From: a virus
Lineage: Duplodnaviria > Heunggongvirae > Uroviricota > Caudoviricetes
Length of the DNA: 64,000 nucleotides
Reading direction: 5' to 3' (one strand)
Virus record (IMG/VR): IMGVR_UViG_3300048503_000086
Shown here: positions 25,839 through 35,372 of the stretch, one piece after another
Numbering within the stretch: the stretch's first letter is position 1
Layout: the number at the start of each line of letters is the position of its first letter
The notes under the pieces: model-generated
Told to the model about the DNA's origin: nothing
The model's input: only the letters and a program-made list of their open reading frames with translations
The model's database searches: none
Translations under genes and position numbers: made by a program

Positions 25839-28336
25839 CGCATCTCCTTGGCCCGGATCTTCACCGTGTCGGCCATGCCTTTCTTCTCGGCCCAGTTCTG
25901 CATTTCCTTGTGCCAGGTAATGCCGATCAGGGGCACCTTGGGGCGGAAGCTCTCCACGTTCTCTCGCACGACATCGACGATGGTGTCGCCCAATTCCGGC
26001 CGGGTGACGCAGAGCAACTCGTCGTGGACGTTCATAATCATCAGCCGCAGCTCATGGACGCCCGCAGGCTGCAATTCCCACAGCTTTCGCTGGACGGCTT
26101 TCGTGATCTGGGCACCGGGGCTCTGGATTTCGTGGTTCGCCGCCGCCCGCATATTGGCAGCCTGCATGGCGAACGACGCACCGTAGAGGGCAGAGGAGAC
26201 TGCGCCGCCGGCCGTCTGGACACGATCGCGCCGCACGACCTTCACCTTGACGCCGGCCCAGTTCTTGGGTGGCTTGCGGGCCAGGTCAAAGAGCGCCTTG
26301 CAAATCTTGTTTTCCAGGCTGAAGTAGCGGCGGAACCCCAGGAAGGACTCGATGTACTCGGCCGGGTCCGCCCAGACCACCGCAGAGCCAAGGCCGCCCG
26401 GCTGCTTCATGGAGCAGAAGGCGTCGAACGTCTTCTGTCGGGCCTTGGGGATGCCCGGGAACTTCCTGAAAAATCCCTCCTCGGCACGCTGGGCGACTTC
26501 CGGCGAGAGACCGAACTTGCCCACAAGGGTGTTCCAGTCGCCGCCGTAGATCATGCCGAAGACGCCCTGCTTGCCCTTGGTGTACATATCGAACTCGGTG
26601 TCGGCCGAGGCCAAGATGTCTTCGTAGGTCTTGCCGGGGTACATCTCCATGCCGAACAGGGCATGGATCTTCTTCCCACTGCACAAGGCCGCGCGCAGGG
26701 ACGGGTCGTTGTACACGGCGTCCGCCAGCGTCACCTCGAAGGAATCAAAGTCGCCGCCGCAGAGGATGTAGCCGTACCAGGAAAGCGGGAACATTCGGCG
26801 CACGTCCTTGGTGTGCTTGATGCCCTGCGGGTTCAGGCCGTCTGCACCGGCCATGCGGCTCGACAGTGTGCCGATCACAACGAACGAGGCGTGGAACTTG
26901 CCGGCCAGGAGCAGCTTCTGGTAGAGTTCCACCTCCTTGGCGGCGATCTTCACGTCGAGGATCTTGCCGGCGCGCAGCGCGGCAGGGTGCCGCCCGACCC
27001 GCATGACGCCCGTGCCCCCGCAGCGGGGACATTGTGGATCGGTCTGTTCCACGCACCTCGTACAGGGTTCGTCTTCAGCGACCTCCCATTCGCGGATGGC
27101 TTCGAGGTTGGCCTTCTTCGTGGAAGCCTCCAGGATGATGCCTTCCGTCTCGTCCATCGCGGCGGTGACGTAGCCGCGGACTTCACCCGGCTTGTTGATG
27201 TTCACCGGGGCGTTGTCCACGACGGCCTGGGCCTTTGCCAGCAGCCCCTTCATGCCGGGGATGTCGATCTGGAAGCCGTGCCAGCGGACGACCGGGACCA
27301 TGCAGGCCAGGATCGAATCATCGTCGCCCGGCGGCGGGTCGCCAAAGTGGTGGTCCAGGGCCCGCGTGTAAACGATGTCGTCGTTGGCGTACTCGCGGGC
27401 GTCCGGCCGGGTCGCCCAGTGCTCGATGTGCTTGCCGATCACGCCCGGCCAGGCGTAGCCCAGCAGCCTGTCTACGCCGGCCTTCGGCTTCTTGGGGCGT
27501 TCATCGTCGTCGTGCGTATCACCCAACTGGGCGTCCAGACCGGCGAGCATCACGGGCTCTTCGTTCAGAACCTGGACGCTCCCCTTCTTCTTGCCCCACA
27601 CCTCCCAGTTCTTTTCTGGCGACGACACGGCCAACGCCGTGGGCGCATAGCCCAACTCGTAGGGCCGCCAAGAAGTCTGCGGCTCTACGTCCTTGAAGTG
27701 GAACTTGGGCTTGAAGCCCATCGCGTGCTCGGCCAGGAACTTGAGACCGCCGGCAGGGTTGAAGCGCAGCACCACGTCCTTGAACTCGGTGTCAAGGTCG
27801 CCGAAGCGATCCTTGCGGTCGAAGACTTGCCAGCGGGGAGCGTCGGGGTCGGCCGACTTGGCGAAATAGATACTGTCGAGCTGGATACGACGTTCCAGCT
27901 CACCAGCCAGCGCGTAGGCGAGTGCGGTGGGGACCCGTTTGATGCGGATGTCTTCACGGGCCATGAGGGCCTGGTAGGGACCCTTGCGGCTGTGCAGCAG
28001 CAAGTCCAGGGCTGAAGCGGGCTTGACGGAGGGGCCATCCTGACCCTTGGGCTCAAGCAGGGCGATCTCGTTGACGTGCTCCTGCGGAATCCAGTCCGGG
28101 TCGCAGAGGCGGAAGATCGTGTAGAGCTTGACGATGTGAAACCAGTCGAACGACAAATTGAAGCCCACCACGCACCCCTCGCATAGCCACTCAATGAGAT
28201 CGAGCGTCGTGCGAACGGGATTCCGCCAGACTTCGTGAAGATGGATCGGACCTTCACCTTCGGCGTACTGCAACAGGACTGCCATGCTGTGCAGGCCGCA
28301 GGTTTCCGAATCGAGGTAACGCTTAATCAACGGCAT
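25835..28336 (-). CDS. Family A DNA polymerase with N-terminal 3'-5' exonuclease
   Basis: Exo I LDSETCGL; pol motif A GGDFDSFEVTL; motif B KGKQGVFGMIYGG; motif C MNVHDELL. 833 aa. Confidence 0.9.
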   Translation of the reverse strand: MPLIKRYLDSETCGLHSMAVLLQYAEGEGPIHLHEVWRNPVRTTLDLIEWLCEGCVVGFNLSFDWFHIVKLYTIFRLCDPDWIPQEHVNEIALLEPKGQDGPSVKPASALDLLLHSRKGPYQALMAREDIRIKRVPTALAYALAGELERRIQLDSIYFAKSADPDAPRWQVFDRKDRFGDLDTEFKDVVLRFNPAGGLKFLAEHAMGFKPKFHFKDVEPQTSWRPYELGYAPTALAVSSPEKNWEVWGKKKGSVQVLNEEPVMLAGLDAQLGDTHDDDERPKKPKAGVDRLLGYAWPGVIGKHIEHWATRPDAREYANDDIVYTRALDHHFGDPPPGDDDSILACMVPVVRWHGFQIDIPGMKGLLAKAQAVVDNAPVNINKPGEVRGYVTAAMDETEGIILEASTKKANLEAIREWEVAEDEPCTRCVEQTDPQCPRCGGTGVMRVGRHPAALRAGKILDVKIAAKEVELYQKLLLAGKFHASFVVIGTLSSRMAGADGLNPQGIKHTKDVRRMFPLSWYGYILCGGDFDSFEVTLADAVYNDPSLRAALCSGKKIHALFGMEMYPGKTYEDILASADTEFDMYTKGKQGVFGMIYGGDWNTLVGKFGLSPEVAQRAEEGFFRKFPGIPKARQKTFDAFCSMKQPGGLGSAVVWADPAEYIESFLGFRRYFSLENKICKALFDLARKPPKNWAGVKVKVVRRDRVQTAGGAVSSALYGASFAMQAANMRAAANHEIQSPGAQITKAVQRKLWELQPAGVHELRLMIMNVHDELLCVTRPELGDTIVDVVRENVESFRPKVPLIGITWHKEMQNWAEKKGMADTVKIRAKEMR

Positions 28337-28381
28337 AGCGGTAGCTTGGGGTAGTGCTCAGTGCTGAAGAGTGAAACGGAA

Positions 28382-28573
28382 TCAGGCAGCTTCGATGCGG
28401 GGCCCGCCGGCCTCGGCCATAGCGCCCTCTTCGAGCAAGGTCGCCCTCGCGGCCCGCATTTGCTTCAGCGATGCGAACATGCCCCGCATGTCCCACTCCA
28501 ACACACATTCGATGAACACCTCGTAGGCAAGCGCCAACGTCTTCCAGGCTTCGCACTCGTGTCTCAGATTCAT
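28382..28573 (-). CDS. Hypothetical protein (63 aa)
   Basis: Internal ATG at 28573 with GAGGAA ribosome-binding site. Confidence 0.4.
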   Translation of the reverse strand: MNLRHECEAWKTLALAYEVFIECVLEWDMRGMFASLKQMRAARATLLEEGAMAEAGGPRIEAA

Positions 28574-28590
28574 GGTTTCCTCGGTTCTTG

Positions 28591-28725
28591 GAGGGCTCCC
28601 GGCACGTCGCATGACTGCCCGCCAGCCACGGTGGGCGTTACCATTACGGCCGGGCTACGGTCCATCCCAGTCAACAGCCATGCGGTTATGGGTTCAGCGC
28701 ATGTCCGCGCAGACCGGGAGCCCTC
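28591..28725. repeat. 12-bp inverted repeat (GAGGGCTCCCGG / CCGGGAGCCCTC) separated by about 111 nt, in the 5' leader region
   Basis: Read directly from the sequence. The spacing is too large for a terminator; possible RNA structure or binding-site pair. Confidence 0.3.
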
Positions 28726-28769
28726 TTGACCATCATTCGCGGATCAGGTGCCGGCATCCGACACCTGGA

Positions 28770-29147
28770 CTAGAACACGTCGTAGGTCCAGCCGGGGCCG
28801 ATGACACTGGCCGCAATGACAGGAGCGGACATCAAGTTGCCGTTGCGAAAGCGTATGAACATCTGAAGCGTTCGGCCGATCCAGGCGTCCAGGCCGACGT
28901 TGGCATCCAGGGCATAGACGCCTCGTAGGTACTGGCCCACGGTGGACTCCCGTAGGAGGGGCAAGGTGCTGCTCACTTCCACCAGACCGGAAGCGGGGTT
29001 GAGTACGGTGATCTCGAAGAGGTGGTTATCAGTCTCAACCATGATCTTGGTGCCCTTCCTTTGCCGTGTCAGGTCGATTCCTGGCTGGGCTTTCAGGGCC
29101 TTGAGAGCTTCTTCAGGGGTCGGCAGTGCAGGCATCATTCGCTCCAC
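28770..29147 (-). CDS. Hypothetical protein
   Basis: Probable ATG at 29138 (MMPALPTPEE...) with GGAGCGA ribosome-binding site. Lies immediately downstream of motif copy 6. Confidence 0.5.
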   Translation of the reverse strand: MERMMPALPTPEEALKALKAQPGIDLTRQRKGTKIMVETDNHLFEITVLNPASGLVEVSSTLPLLRESTVGQYLRGVYALDANVGLDAWIGRTLQMFIRFRNGNLMSAPVIAASVIGPGWTYDVF

Positions 29148-29148
29148 A

Positions 29149-30012
29149 TTAAGAGTTGCAAAACGACCCTTTCTGGTTTTCCTCTTCGATGTCTTTTATC
29201 AACGCGGCGTCGTCAATCTCAGCCATCGCCCAGGCCAGCGCCCGGGTAGCCAGCCCGTTGACCCCAGCCTCAAACATTCTGAGGATCATCGCATTGATCT
29301 GCTCTTTGGTGCGGCGAAACCGGAAGCGACGCTTGTACGTTTCATCGAGTCCCGGCAACTTGCCGCTCGATCCCCGCCGCCGGGCCTCCGCCGTTTTCTC
29401 GGCAAGGAACAACTGCTCCTCCGGCGCTTCCTTGTACAGCCGCTCGATCGAGACCTGCGACAAGAGGCCGTTGGCAGCCATCTCTTGGATTTCGACCGGG
29501 AGATCCAGCAGCCGGAAGCGTGCCGCAATCCACTTCGTGGGCCGATGCAATTCCTTATTGGCCTGCCGAAGCGACACGCCGTCAGGGTACAGACGCTTGA
29601 GCGCGATGGCCTCTTGCAGCATGTTCAGGTCTTTACGCTCCAGATTCTCCGTGAAGTTGAGCAGGCGGGCCTGGTAGTCCGTCAACTCGTGTCGGACCAT
29701 CGCCGGAATGTTTGCCCACTTCAGAAAGAACTCGACCGCTCGAAATCGCCGGTGGCCGGCAATCAGGCGATAGTCAAAACCCGAAGGCACAGTGCCCACG
29801 ACCTCGACCGTGGGCTGCACCACGACGGGAAAATCGAGGCCCCTTAGCTCGACACCCCCTCCCTTTTGGCGAATGCTCTCGGCCAATTCCGAGACCGACT
29901 CCAGCGTGAACTGCCCTCGGCAGTTGAAATCGGCATCGTAGTAGATGCGGCTCAACGGCAGAGCGAACACGTCATATTCCTGGAGTCTCTCCGCCACCGG
30001 CCGTCTCCCCAA
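29149..30012 (-). CDS. ParB/Spo0J-family protein
   Basis: YRLIAGHRRFRAVEF (the GHRRxxA ParB box) plus a downstream HTH region. Confidence 0.75.
   Translation of the reverse strand: MGRRPVAERLQEYDVFALPLSRIYYDADFNCRGQFTLESVSELAESIRQKGGGVELRGLDFPVVVQPTVEVVGTVPSGFDYRLIAGHRRFRAVEFFLKWANIPAMVRHELTDYQARLLNFTENLERKDLNMLQEAIALKRLYPDGVSLRQANKELHRPTKWIAARFRLLDLPVEIQEMAANGLLSQVSIERLYKEAPEEQLFLAEKTAEARRRGSSGKLPGLDETYKRRFRFRRTKEQINAMILRMFEAGVNGLATRALAWAMAEIDDAALIKDIEEENQKGSFCNS
29151..29181 (-). promoter_or_regulatory. Copy 6 of the conserved motif. It overlaps the stop codon of the upstream parB-like gene.
   Basis: tAAGAGTTGCaaaacgaccctttCTGGTTttc. Confidence 0.5.
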
Positions 30013-30015
30013 CGC

Positions 30016-30792
30016 TCATTCCAGGACGATGTTGTTCGGAATCGGGCCGTGATCCCAGTCGTAGACCCGCACCGAGTCGCCGGTGATGTTGACGAAGCTG
30101 TTCATCTGGGTACACCAGGAGCCCGAGTTGTAGTACCATTCCCCCTGACGCCCAGGGGTGTGCGTATGGCCGCCAATCACGATCTCGCACTCGCCGTTGT
30201 CCACGGGCTGCTTCAGACCGGCGATCAGTTCTTGATCCCGCGGCTTCTTGCCCCAAAGCCACTCGTGGAAGGCGACCATCTTTTCCAGGCTGCCGACAAA
30301 CAGGTCCTCGATGCTTGATCGCCCCTTCATGGGGCCGCCGTTCTTGTCCTCCAGCAGCCCCGTGATCGTGGCCAGAATGCGGCTGAAATCGGGCATCTCG
30401 TTGGAGCAATACTTATCGGCCTCGTGGCCGTGCATGATCTTGATCCGCCGGCGGCCGTTATTCAGAACGAACGGACCGCACAAGGTGTCGAACAGCGGGT
30501 GATTCAGGAAGTGCGTGCCGGTGAAGTGGAGCAAGTCAATGTCGTGATTGCCCACAACGTAAATGGCGTGCATCGCCGCCAGGCGATCCAACAAGGGGCC
30601 ATAGTGCTCGACGGACCGGCTGAAGTTGCACTGCCAGAGATCGAACAAGTCGCCCGCAATAATCAAGCGGCCGTCTTGCTGCTCCACGAAGTTCAGGAAG
30701 CGATCGAACTGCTTCGGCCGATCGTTCCACGCGAAGCGGTCGCGGGGGCCGCCGTCGCACAGGTGGAGATCAGAGACTACGAAATGATTCAT
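30016..30792 (-). CDS. Calcineurin-like metallophosphoesterase
   Basis: VSDLHL, IIAGDLFD, VVGNHD, IMHGH, GGHTH. Confidence 0.8.
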   Translation of the reverse strand: MNHFVVSDLHLCDGGPRDRFAWNDRPKQFDRFLNFVEQQDGRLIIAGDLFDLWQCNFSRSVEHYGPLLDRLAAMHAIYVVGNHDIDLLHFTGTHFLNHPLFDTLCGPFVLNNGRRRIKIMHGHEADKYCSNEMPDFSRILATITGLLEDKNGGPMKGRSSIEDLFVGSLEKMVAFHEWLWGKKPRDQELIAGLKQPVDNGECEIVIGGHTHTPGRQGEWYYNSGSWCTQMNSFVNITGDSVRVYDWDHGPIPNNIVLE

Positions 30793-30806
30793 CGGACCTC
30801 TCCAGA

Positions 30807-31097
30807 CTATTCAGGGTTCTTGCGGCACTTCTCCCGCAACTCGGCGATCACGTCCTCAAGGGTCTTGTATTCGCCGCGCTCATAGGCTTCGATGCACCGC
30901 CGCTCCATCTCGGCGTCGTACTTGACCACCACGTCGTCCGTGGCGAAGTGCATACCGAACCACTCCCACCAAACGGTGAAGTGCAATTGGTGCTGTGCGT
31001 CCCAGTACCAGTTGCGACGGCAGAGCGGCACGAGGGTCTGAAAGAGGAATACGAAGTCGGACAAGAACGTGACCAGGGGCAGGACGATGCGGAACAT
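30807..31097 (-). CDS. Small membrane protein
   Basis: Internal ATG at 31097 with AAGGAGA ribosome-binding site: MFRIVLPLVTFLSDFVFLFQTLV... Confidence 0.5.
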   Translation of the reverse strand: MFRIVLPLVTFLSDFVFLFQTLVPLCRRNWYWDAQHQLHFTVWWEWFGMHFATDDVVVKYDAEMERRCIEAYERGEYKTLEDVIAELREKCRKNPE

Positions 31098-31110
31098 AGT
31101 TGTCTCCTTC

Positions 31111-31548
31111 TTATCGGTGGCCTCCGCCGCCATGACTGCCACCGCCACGTGGACCAGGGGCAGGACCAGGACGCGGACCCGGAGTGTAGCGCGGCTCGGG
31201 CCGTCGCGGTTCGGGCCGCGGTTCCGGCCGTCGCGGTTCGGGTCGCATTCCAGGGCGGTCGCCTGGCACGATGATGGGCGGTCCGACAATGACAGGCGGC
31301 TCTACGACGATGGGCGGTTCCACCACAATGGGCGGCTCGAAAGCCGGTGGCTGGAGAATGACAGGAGGCCGGATGACCGGCGTGACAATCACGGAGCCGT
31401 CAGGGATCAGGAACCTGCTGCCGTCCGGCGTCACGAGAATTGAGCCGTTGGGAACGGTGACCGTGTCAGCCTTGACAGGCGTGCATGTTCCCAGAACAAG
31501 CAGCAGCAAGACAATCAAGAGAACGATGCCGAAGGTGAAGCGAATCAT
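31111..31548 (-). CDS. Secreted Pro-rich repeat protein
   Basis: Signal peptide MIRFTFGIVLLIVLLLLVLGTC; repeats EPPIVVEPPIVVEPPVIV and PEPRRPEPRPEPRRPEPR. Confidence 0.5.
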   Translation of the reverse strand: MIRFTFGIVLLIVLLLLVLGTCTPVKADTVTVPNGSILVTPDGSRFLIPDGSVIVTPVIRPPVILQPPAFEPPIVVEPPIVVEPPVIVGPPIIVPGDRPGMRPEPRRPEPRPEPRRPEPRYTPGPRPGPAPGPRGGGSHGGGGHR

Positions 31549-31889
31549 GGTTGGTCAATCTCCAGTTTGGCAAAGACAATCTTGCGCATGTCGTCAAGGT
31601 GGTGTTGTGTGGCCTCCAGGCAGCCCGCGCTGGCCTTGGCCTCCGTCGGCCGCAGGCCGCAGGACCATAGCTGGTTCATCAGGGCCTGGGCCTCCTCGCG
31701 GAACAATCGAAAGGTCGGCTCGACCTGCGCACCCTGGGGAATCGTGGTATCGAATTCCAAGGGCTTGCAGATGCGCCGCCGCTCACCGTTGTGATGGCGG
31801 ACAAGGACAAAGCTCATGCACTCGTCGTACCACGGCACGTTGAAGGCCGCGGCGCTAATGAAATCGTGGAACTCGGGCAGTTCACGCAC
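31545..31889 (-). CDS. Hypothetical protein
   Basis: GTG at 31889 with GAGGAGAGAGG ribosome-binding site. Confidence 0.4.
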   Translation of the reverse strand: MRELPEFHDFISAAAFNVPWYDECMSFVLVRHHNGERRRICKPLEFDTTIPQGAQVEPTFRLFREEAQALMNQLWSCGLRPTEAKASAGCLEATQHHLDDMRKIVFAKLEIDQP

Positions 31890-32172
31890 AGCCTCTCTCC
31901 TCGTGCATCGCGGCGTAGTGATCGAGCAGCTTCTGTAGCACTTGGTCATCCGACAGGGTACTCAGCTTGAAGAGGCGGACGGGCTGCTGCTCGCCGATCA
32001 GGACCTCGCGGTACTGAACCTTCTGAAATGGAGGCGGTACTTCAACGCGCAGAGGCACCGCGAGCGGGACGGGCCTCTTCGGTGGCACGCAGGCATAGAG
32101 CACCGTCAACCGATCGTCCACGGTTCGGACACAGCCGTCCATCGGACCGCCAATCAGTACGGCGCGCTTCAT
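31882..32172 (-). CDS. Hypothetical protein (96 aa)
   Basis: ORF track; globular-looking. Confidence 0.5.
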   Translation of the reverse strand: MKRAVLIGGPMDGCVRTVDDRLTVLYACVPPKRPVPLAVPLRVEVPPPFQKVQYREVLIGEQQPVRLFKLSTLSDDQVLQKLLDHYAAMHEERGCA

Positions 32173-32639
32173 GGCAGCTTCCTATGGCTCAATGCCGCCC
32201 GGTAGACACGTTCCAGTGCGGTGGCCAGCCTGGGATTGTTCTCGTGGTCAAAGCATGGGCACGTCTCCGGGACGTAGACCGAGATCGAGCACCCGCACTT
32301 CAACGGGACGGTCACGTAGTCGCCATCCTTCGTCCGCTTCGGGTCATCGTTCAACGGCTCGTTCAGGTCCCGCTCGGACGACAAAACCAGCGCCTTGAGA
32401 TTCTCCAAGGCACGGCCGAGATCAGGATAGTACCTTCCACAGCAGTCCGTGTTGGAGCGAATCCGCAGCGTGCAGCCGCAGTGCAACGTCACCCGCAAGT
32501 AGGCCGGCGTCTCGGGGACATACGGCACGACAGGGGGCTTGAGAAACGGATTGGCGGCCGGCCTGTCGCAGCCGTTCAGGAGCACGAAGCCCAGCACCGC
32601 CAGCAGAACCAGCGTTATGAGACATCCACAGCCTCGCAT
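32169..32639 (-). CDS. Putative lipoprotein
   Basis: Signal peptide plus lipobox (LLNGC); paired Cys clusters. Confidence 0.55.
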   Translation of the reverse strand: MRGCGCLITLVLLAVLGFVLLNGCDRPAANPFLKPPVVPYVPETPAYLRVTLHCGCTLRIRSNTDCCGRYYPDLGRALENLKALVLSSERDLNEPLNDDPKRTKDGDYVTVPLKCGCSISVYVPETCPCFDHENNPRLATALERVYRAALSHRKLP

Positions 32640-32642
32640 AGG

Positions 32643-32855
32643 TCACCTCACGTTTTGCAGCAGGAAGTCCACAAGCCCCTGCGGGTCAAATCGAAGCTCG
32701 TCGCCCGTGTCCAACACAATCATGCCAGGCGGAAAGACGACCCTCGCAACACCATTGATCGCGGTGATGGTCGTACTCGCCAGGTCGATGCTCTCGATCC
32801 GTTCACCGTCACGCCAGTGTTCAATTGCGCATTGCATTGGAGCCTCTACATCCAA
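32643..32855 (-). CDS. Hypothetical protein (70 aa)
   Basis: ORF track. Confidence 0.4.
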   Translation of the reverse strand: MDVEAPMQCAIEHWRDGERIESIDLASTTITAINGVARVVFPPGMIVLDTGDELRFDPQGLVDFLLQNVR

Positions 32856-33160
32856 AGATGAATCAGCCAGCCCAGCGTTGTGGAAGCCAATGCGCCTGCG
32901 AGAGACTGCCAGACGTTACACTTCGCCTCAAGCCGATGAAGCCCCAGCAACACGACAAGGGCCAAGGTCAGGCCGATAGCAGCGAGGATGCCGATAGGCG
33001 GCAGGCCCAAAGGCACAACGAACCAGAGCCACAGCTTCGTCACGCACCAAGCCCTGACAATAACCGCCGCGGCGAGCATGAGGATGGATGTGAAAGTGAT
33101 CGCGCCGACGCCGGCCGCGACAATCGCTTCCAGCTTCTTGAACTCTTCGTTGTTCTTCAT
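32846..33160 (-). CDS. Membrane protein (about 3 TM helices)
   Basis: AIVAAGVGAITFTSILMLAAAVIV... Confidence 0.5.
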   Translation of the reverse strand: MKNNEEFKKLEAIVAAGVGAITFTSILMLAAAVIVRAWCVTKLWLWFVVPLGLPPIGILAAIGLTLALVVLLGLHRLEAKCNVWQSLAGALASTTLGWLIHLWM

Positions 33161-33302
33161 GGGAGACCCAGGGAGTGGAGGAGAGGGTTAGGACTTCAGC
33201 GGTCCAATATCCCGGCCGCCGTCGATCAGGCATCATTTGGGCCATTCCTTTCGGCCGGATACTTGAGCTTGCAGTTGAGACGCCAGGCGACGCCGTGCTT
33301 GG

Positions 33303-33830
33303 CTAGACAATCAGGGCCATCTGTTCGCCGTGCCCTCTTCGGAAATGCACGGCTCCACAGGCCCATCCAAATCCGAAGCCCACAGCGCGACCCGTCCACG
33401 GTGCGTAAACCTCGACAATCCCGCCATAGCGCTTAACCATCAACAACCGTTTCCGGCTGCCGAAGACCTTGGCGATCGGCAAGAGGTAGACCACGTTGGC
33501 CGCCAACGCGAAACTGTGCTCAAGCCACGCATTGAGGATCGAGTAAGGTGGGTTGCCGATAATCCAGTCCACGGGCTGCTTCCAATCGAAGAAGTCTCGG
33601 CCCTCTCTGATCTCGCACCACAGACACTCCGGCACATGGCGGCTAAACGCACGATCGCCAGCGCAGGGGTCCAGCACCTTTCCTGTTGGCCGATAGCGAC
33701 GAACGATCGCCGCGGCGACATGATCGGGCGTAAAGACCACATCTCGATCCTTGAAGTCCTTCGAGTTGTCAGACCGCAGGTGCGTCATCGGCAAGAACTC
33801 AAGGTCGTATAGTGAACAGGCATTGGGCAC
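33303..33830 (-). CDS. Small gamma-class N6-adenine DNA methyltransferase
   Basis: VLDPCAGDRAF (motif I) precedes WIIGNPPY (NPPY). Confidence 0.75.
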   Translation of the reverse strand: MPNACSLYDLEFLPMTHLRSDNSKDFKDRDVVFTPDHVAAAIVRRYRPTGKVLDPCAGDRAFSRHVPECLWCEIREGRDFFDWKQPVDWIIGNPPYSILNAWLEHSFALAANVVYLLPIAKVFGSRKRLLMVKRYGGIVEVYAPWTGRAVGFGFGWACGAVHFRRGHGEQMALIV

Positions 33831-33842
33831 AGGAGCCTCGGA

Positions 33843-35161
33843 TTAGCCACGCAGGAGTCCAACGTCCCGGCCGCCGTCGATCAGGTAGCGCTTGGGACCA
33901 TTCTTCTCGGCTGCGTGCCTCAGCTTGCAGTTGAGACGCCACGTCACACCATGCTTCGGATTAACGCCGTGGAGCCATTGGGCCGGCTCGCGGTAGCCAG
34001 AAAACGAGTTGTAGGAATAGCTATCGGTGCCGACCCAGGCACCGTTTACCATCATTTCGCCATCAATGTCCGAGAGGGTTGCGGCGGCATGATGGTGGCC
34101 AATGCAGTAGTACCGAATGCGCTGGCCGCCGGCCGCCGCACCCAGGGCGACGAGGCCCTTTTGCCGGCGGACCAACCCGTACCAAGGAATTCCGAGGTTC
34201 CCCCGCACATCGTCACCGTGCGCGACATTGAAGCCCACGCCGCCGATATTGATGTTGGCCGACCAGGCATCAGGAATCTGGAAGCTGACGTTCTCCAAGC
34301 CGCGGCAATGCAACCGCGCGATCTCGGCGATTAGGTAATCGAAGTTGTCGTGGGCACCGCCGTAGTCCTTCTTGACTGTTCGGCGGCCGTGGTTGCCGGC
34401 CAGGTACAGGACGTTGACACTCTCGAAATGGGCCGCAAGATCGCGCAACATCAGAGCGTGCAACTGACCAATGGCCAGGCAGTTCTTGAACGTGTTGCGG
34501 TAGTAGGACCGCTGCGTGGCGTTGTGGATCTCGCCGCTGGTGAAGTCCCCATAGGCCAGCACCGTCAGCGTGGGGAACTGGAACTTGGGCACCAGGGTGT
34601 CCTGGGTCCACTCGATCACGGTGTCCACCAGCCGCTCGGCGCGGGCACAGGAGATCGGGAAGTTGTACTCCTCCAGGCCGCCCACCTCCTCCGGCCGCAC
34701 GACCTGATCGTGGTGGCCATCCGAGAGGTGCAGCACGCAGGCTTCCGTGATCTGGGCCTTGCGGCGGAAGTCCAGCGCCGGCGGCAGGGCCGTGAAGGGC
34801 TTGATCCGCTGTTCCATCTCACCCACGATGGCCTTGAACAGGCCAGCGACCTTGGCCCCGGCCTTGACCTTCTGCCGCTCGCGGTTCCGCTCGTCGGTCA
34901 GGTGAACGATCTCCGACTCCAGCTCCAGGATGCGGTTGTTCGTCGGATCATAGTCGGGCTCCGGCTTCCGCTGACCGCCGGCCTTCTTGGGACAGGGTTG
35001 CGCATCGTCGGGCCAGGGCACATCCTTGTGGAGGCGGCCGGTGGCGATGTCCGAGACCACCGAGCGGCTGACCTTGAATTGCTTGGCGATTCTTGGCTGG
35101 GTGACCCCTCGGCCACTTGTGCCTTGATGGCGGCGACTCTCTTATCGGATAACTTCGTCAT
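33843..35161 (-). CDS. Metallophosphoesterase (Mre11/SbcD-like or phosphatase) with an N-terminal HTH that is disrupted by a 1-nt frameshift in a C4 homopolymer near 35105-35108
   Basis: VLHLSDGHHD, AYGDFTSGE, LAGNHG, HGDD, GHHH. Upstream frame gives MTKLSDKRVAAIKAQVAEG, then the shifted frame gives VTQPRIAKQFKVSRSVVSDIATGR (HTH). Confidence 0.6.
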
Positions 35162-35173
35162 GGTGTTCCTTCG

Positions 35174-35332
35174 TCAGTCATAGGCCCGCGCGTCGAGGGG
35201 CTTGTCGTGAGACTCTGGATTCTGCTTGGCCTTCCGCCGGTTACGTCGATGGAGGGCCTTCTTGAACTCGCGCTTTCGACCCGCCGAGCCCACGGCACGG
35301 GCGGCCTTCTTCCAAGCGTGTGGGCGTCCCAT
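35174..35332 (-). CDS. Small basic protein (52 aa)
   Basis: MGRPHAWKKAARAVGSAGRKREFKKALHRRNRRKAKQ... Confidence 0.35.
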   Translation of the reverse strand: MGRPHAWKKAARAVGSAGRKREFKKALHRRNRRKAKQNPESHDKPLDARAYD

Positions 35333-35372
35333 AGGTGCCTGAAGCCTCCTTGACGGGGAGGCAGCGGGATCA

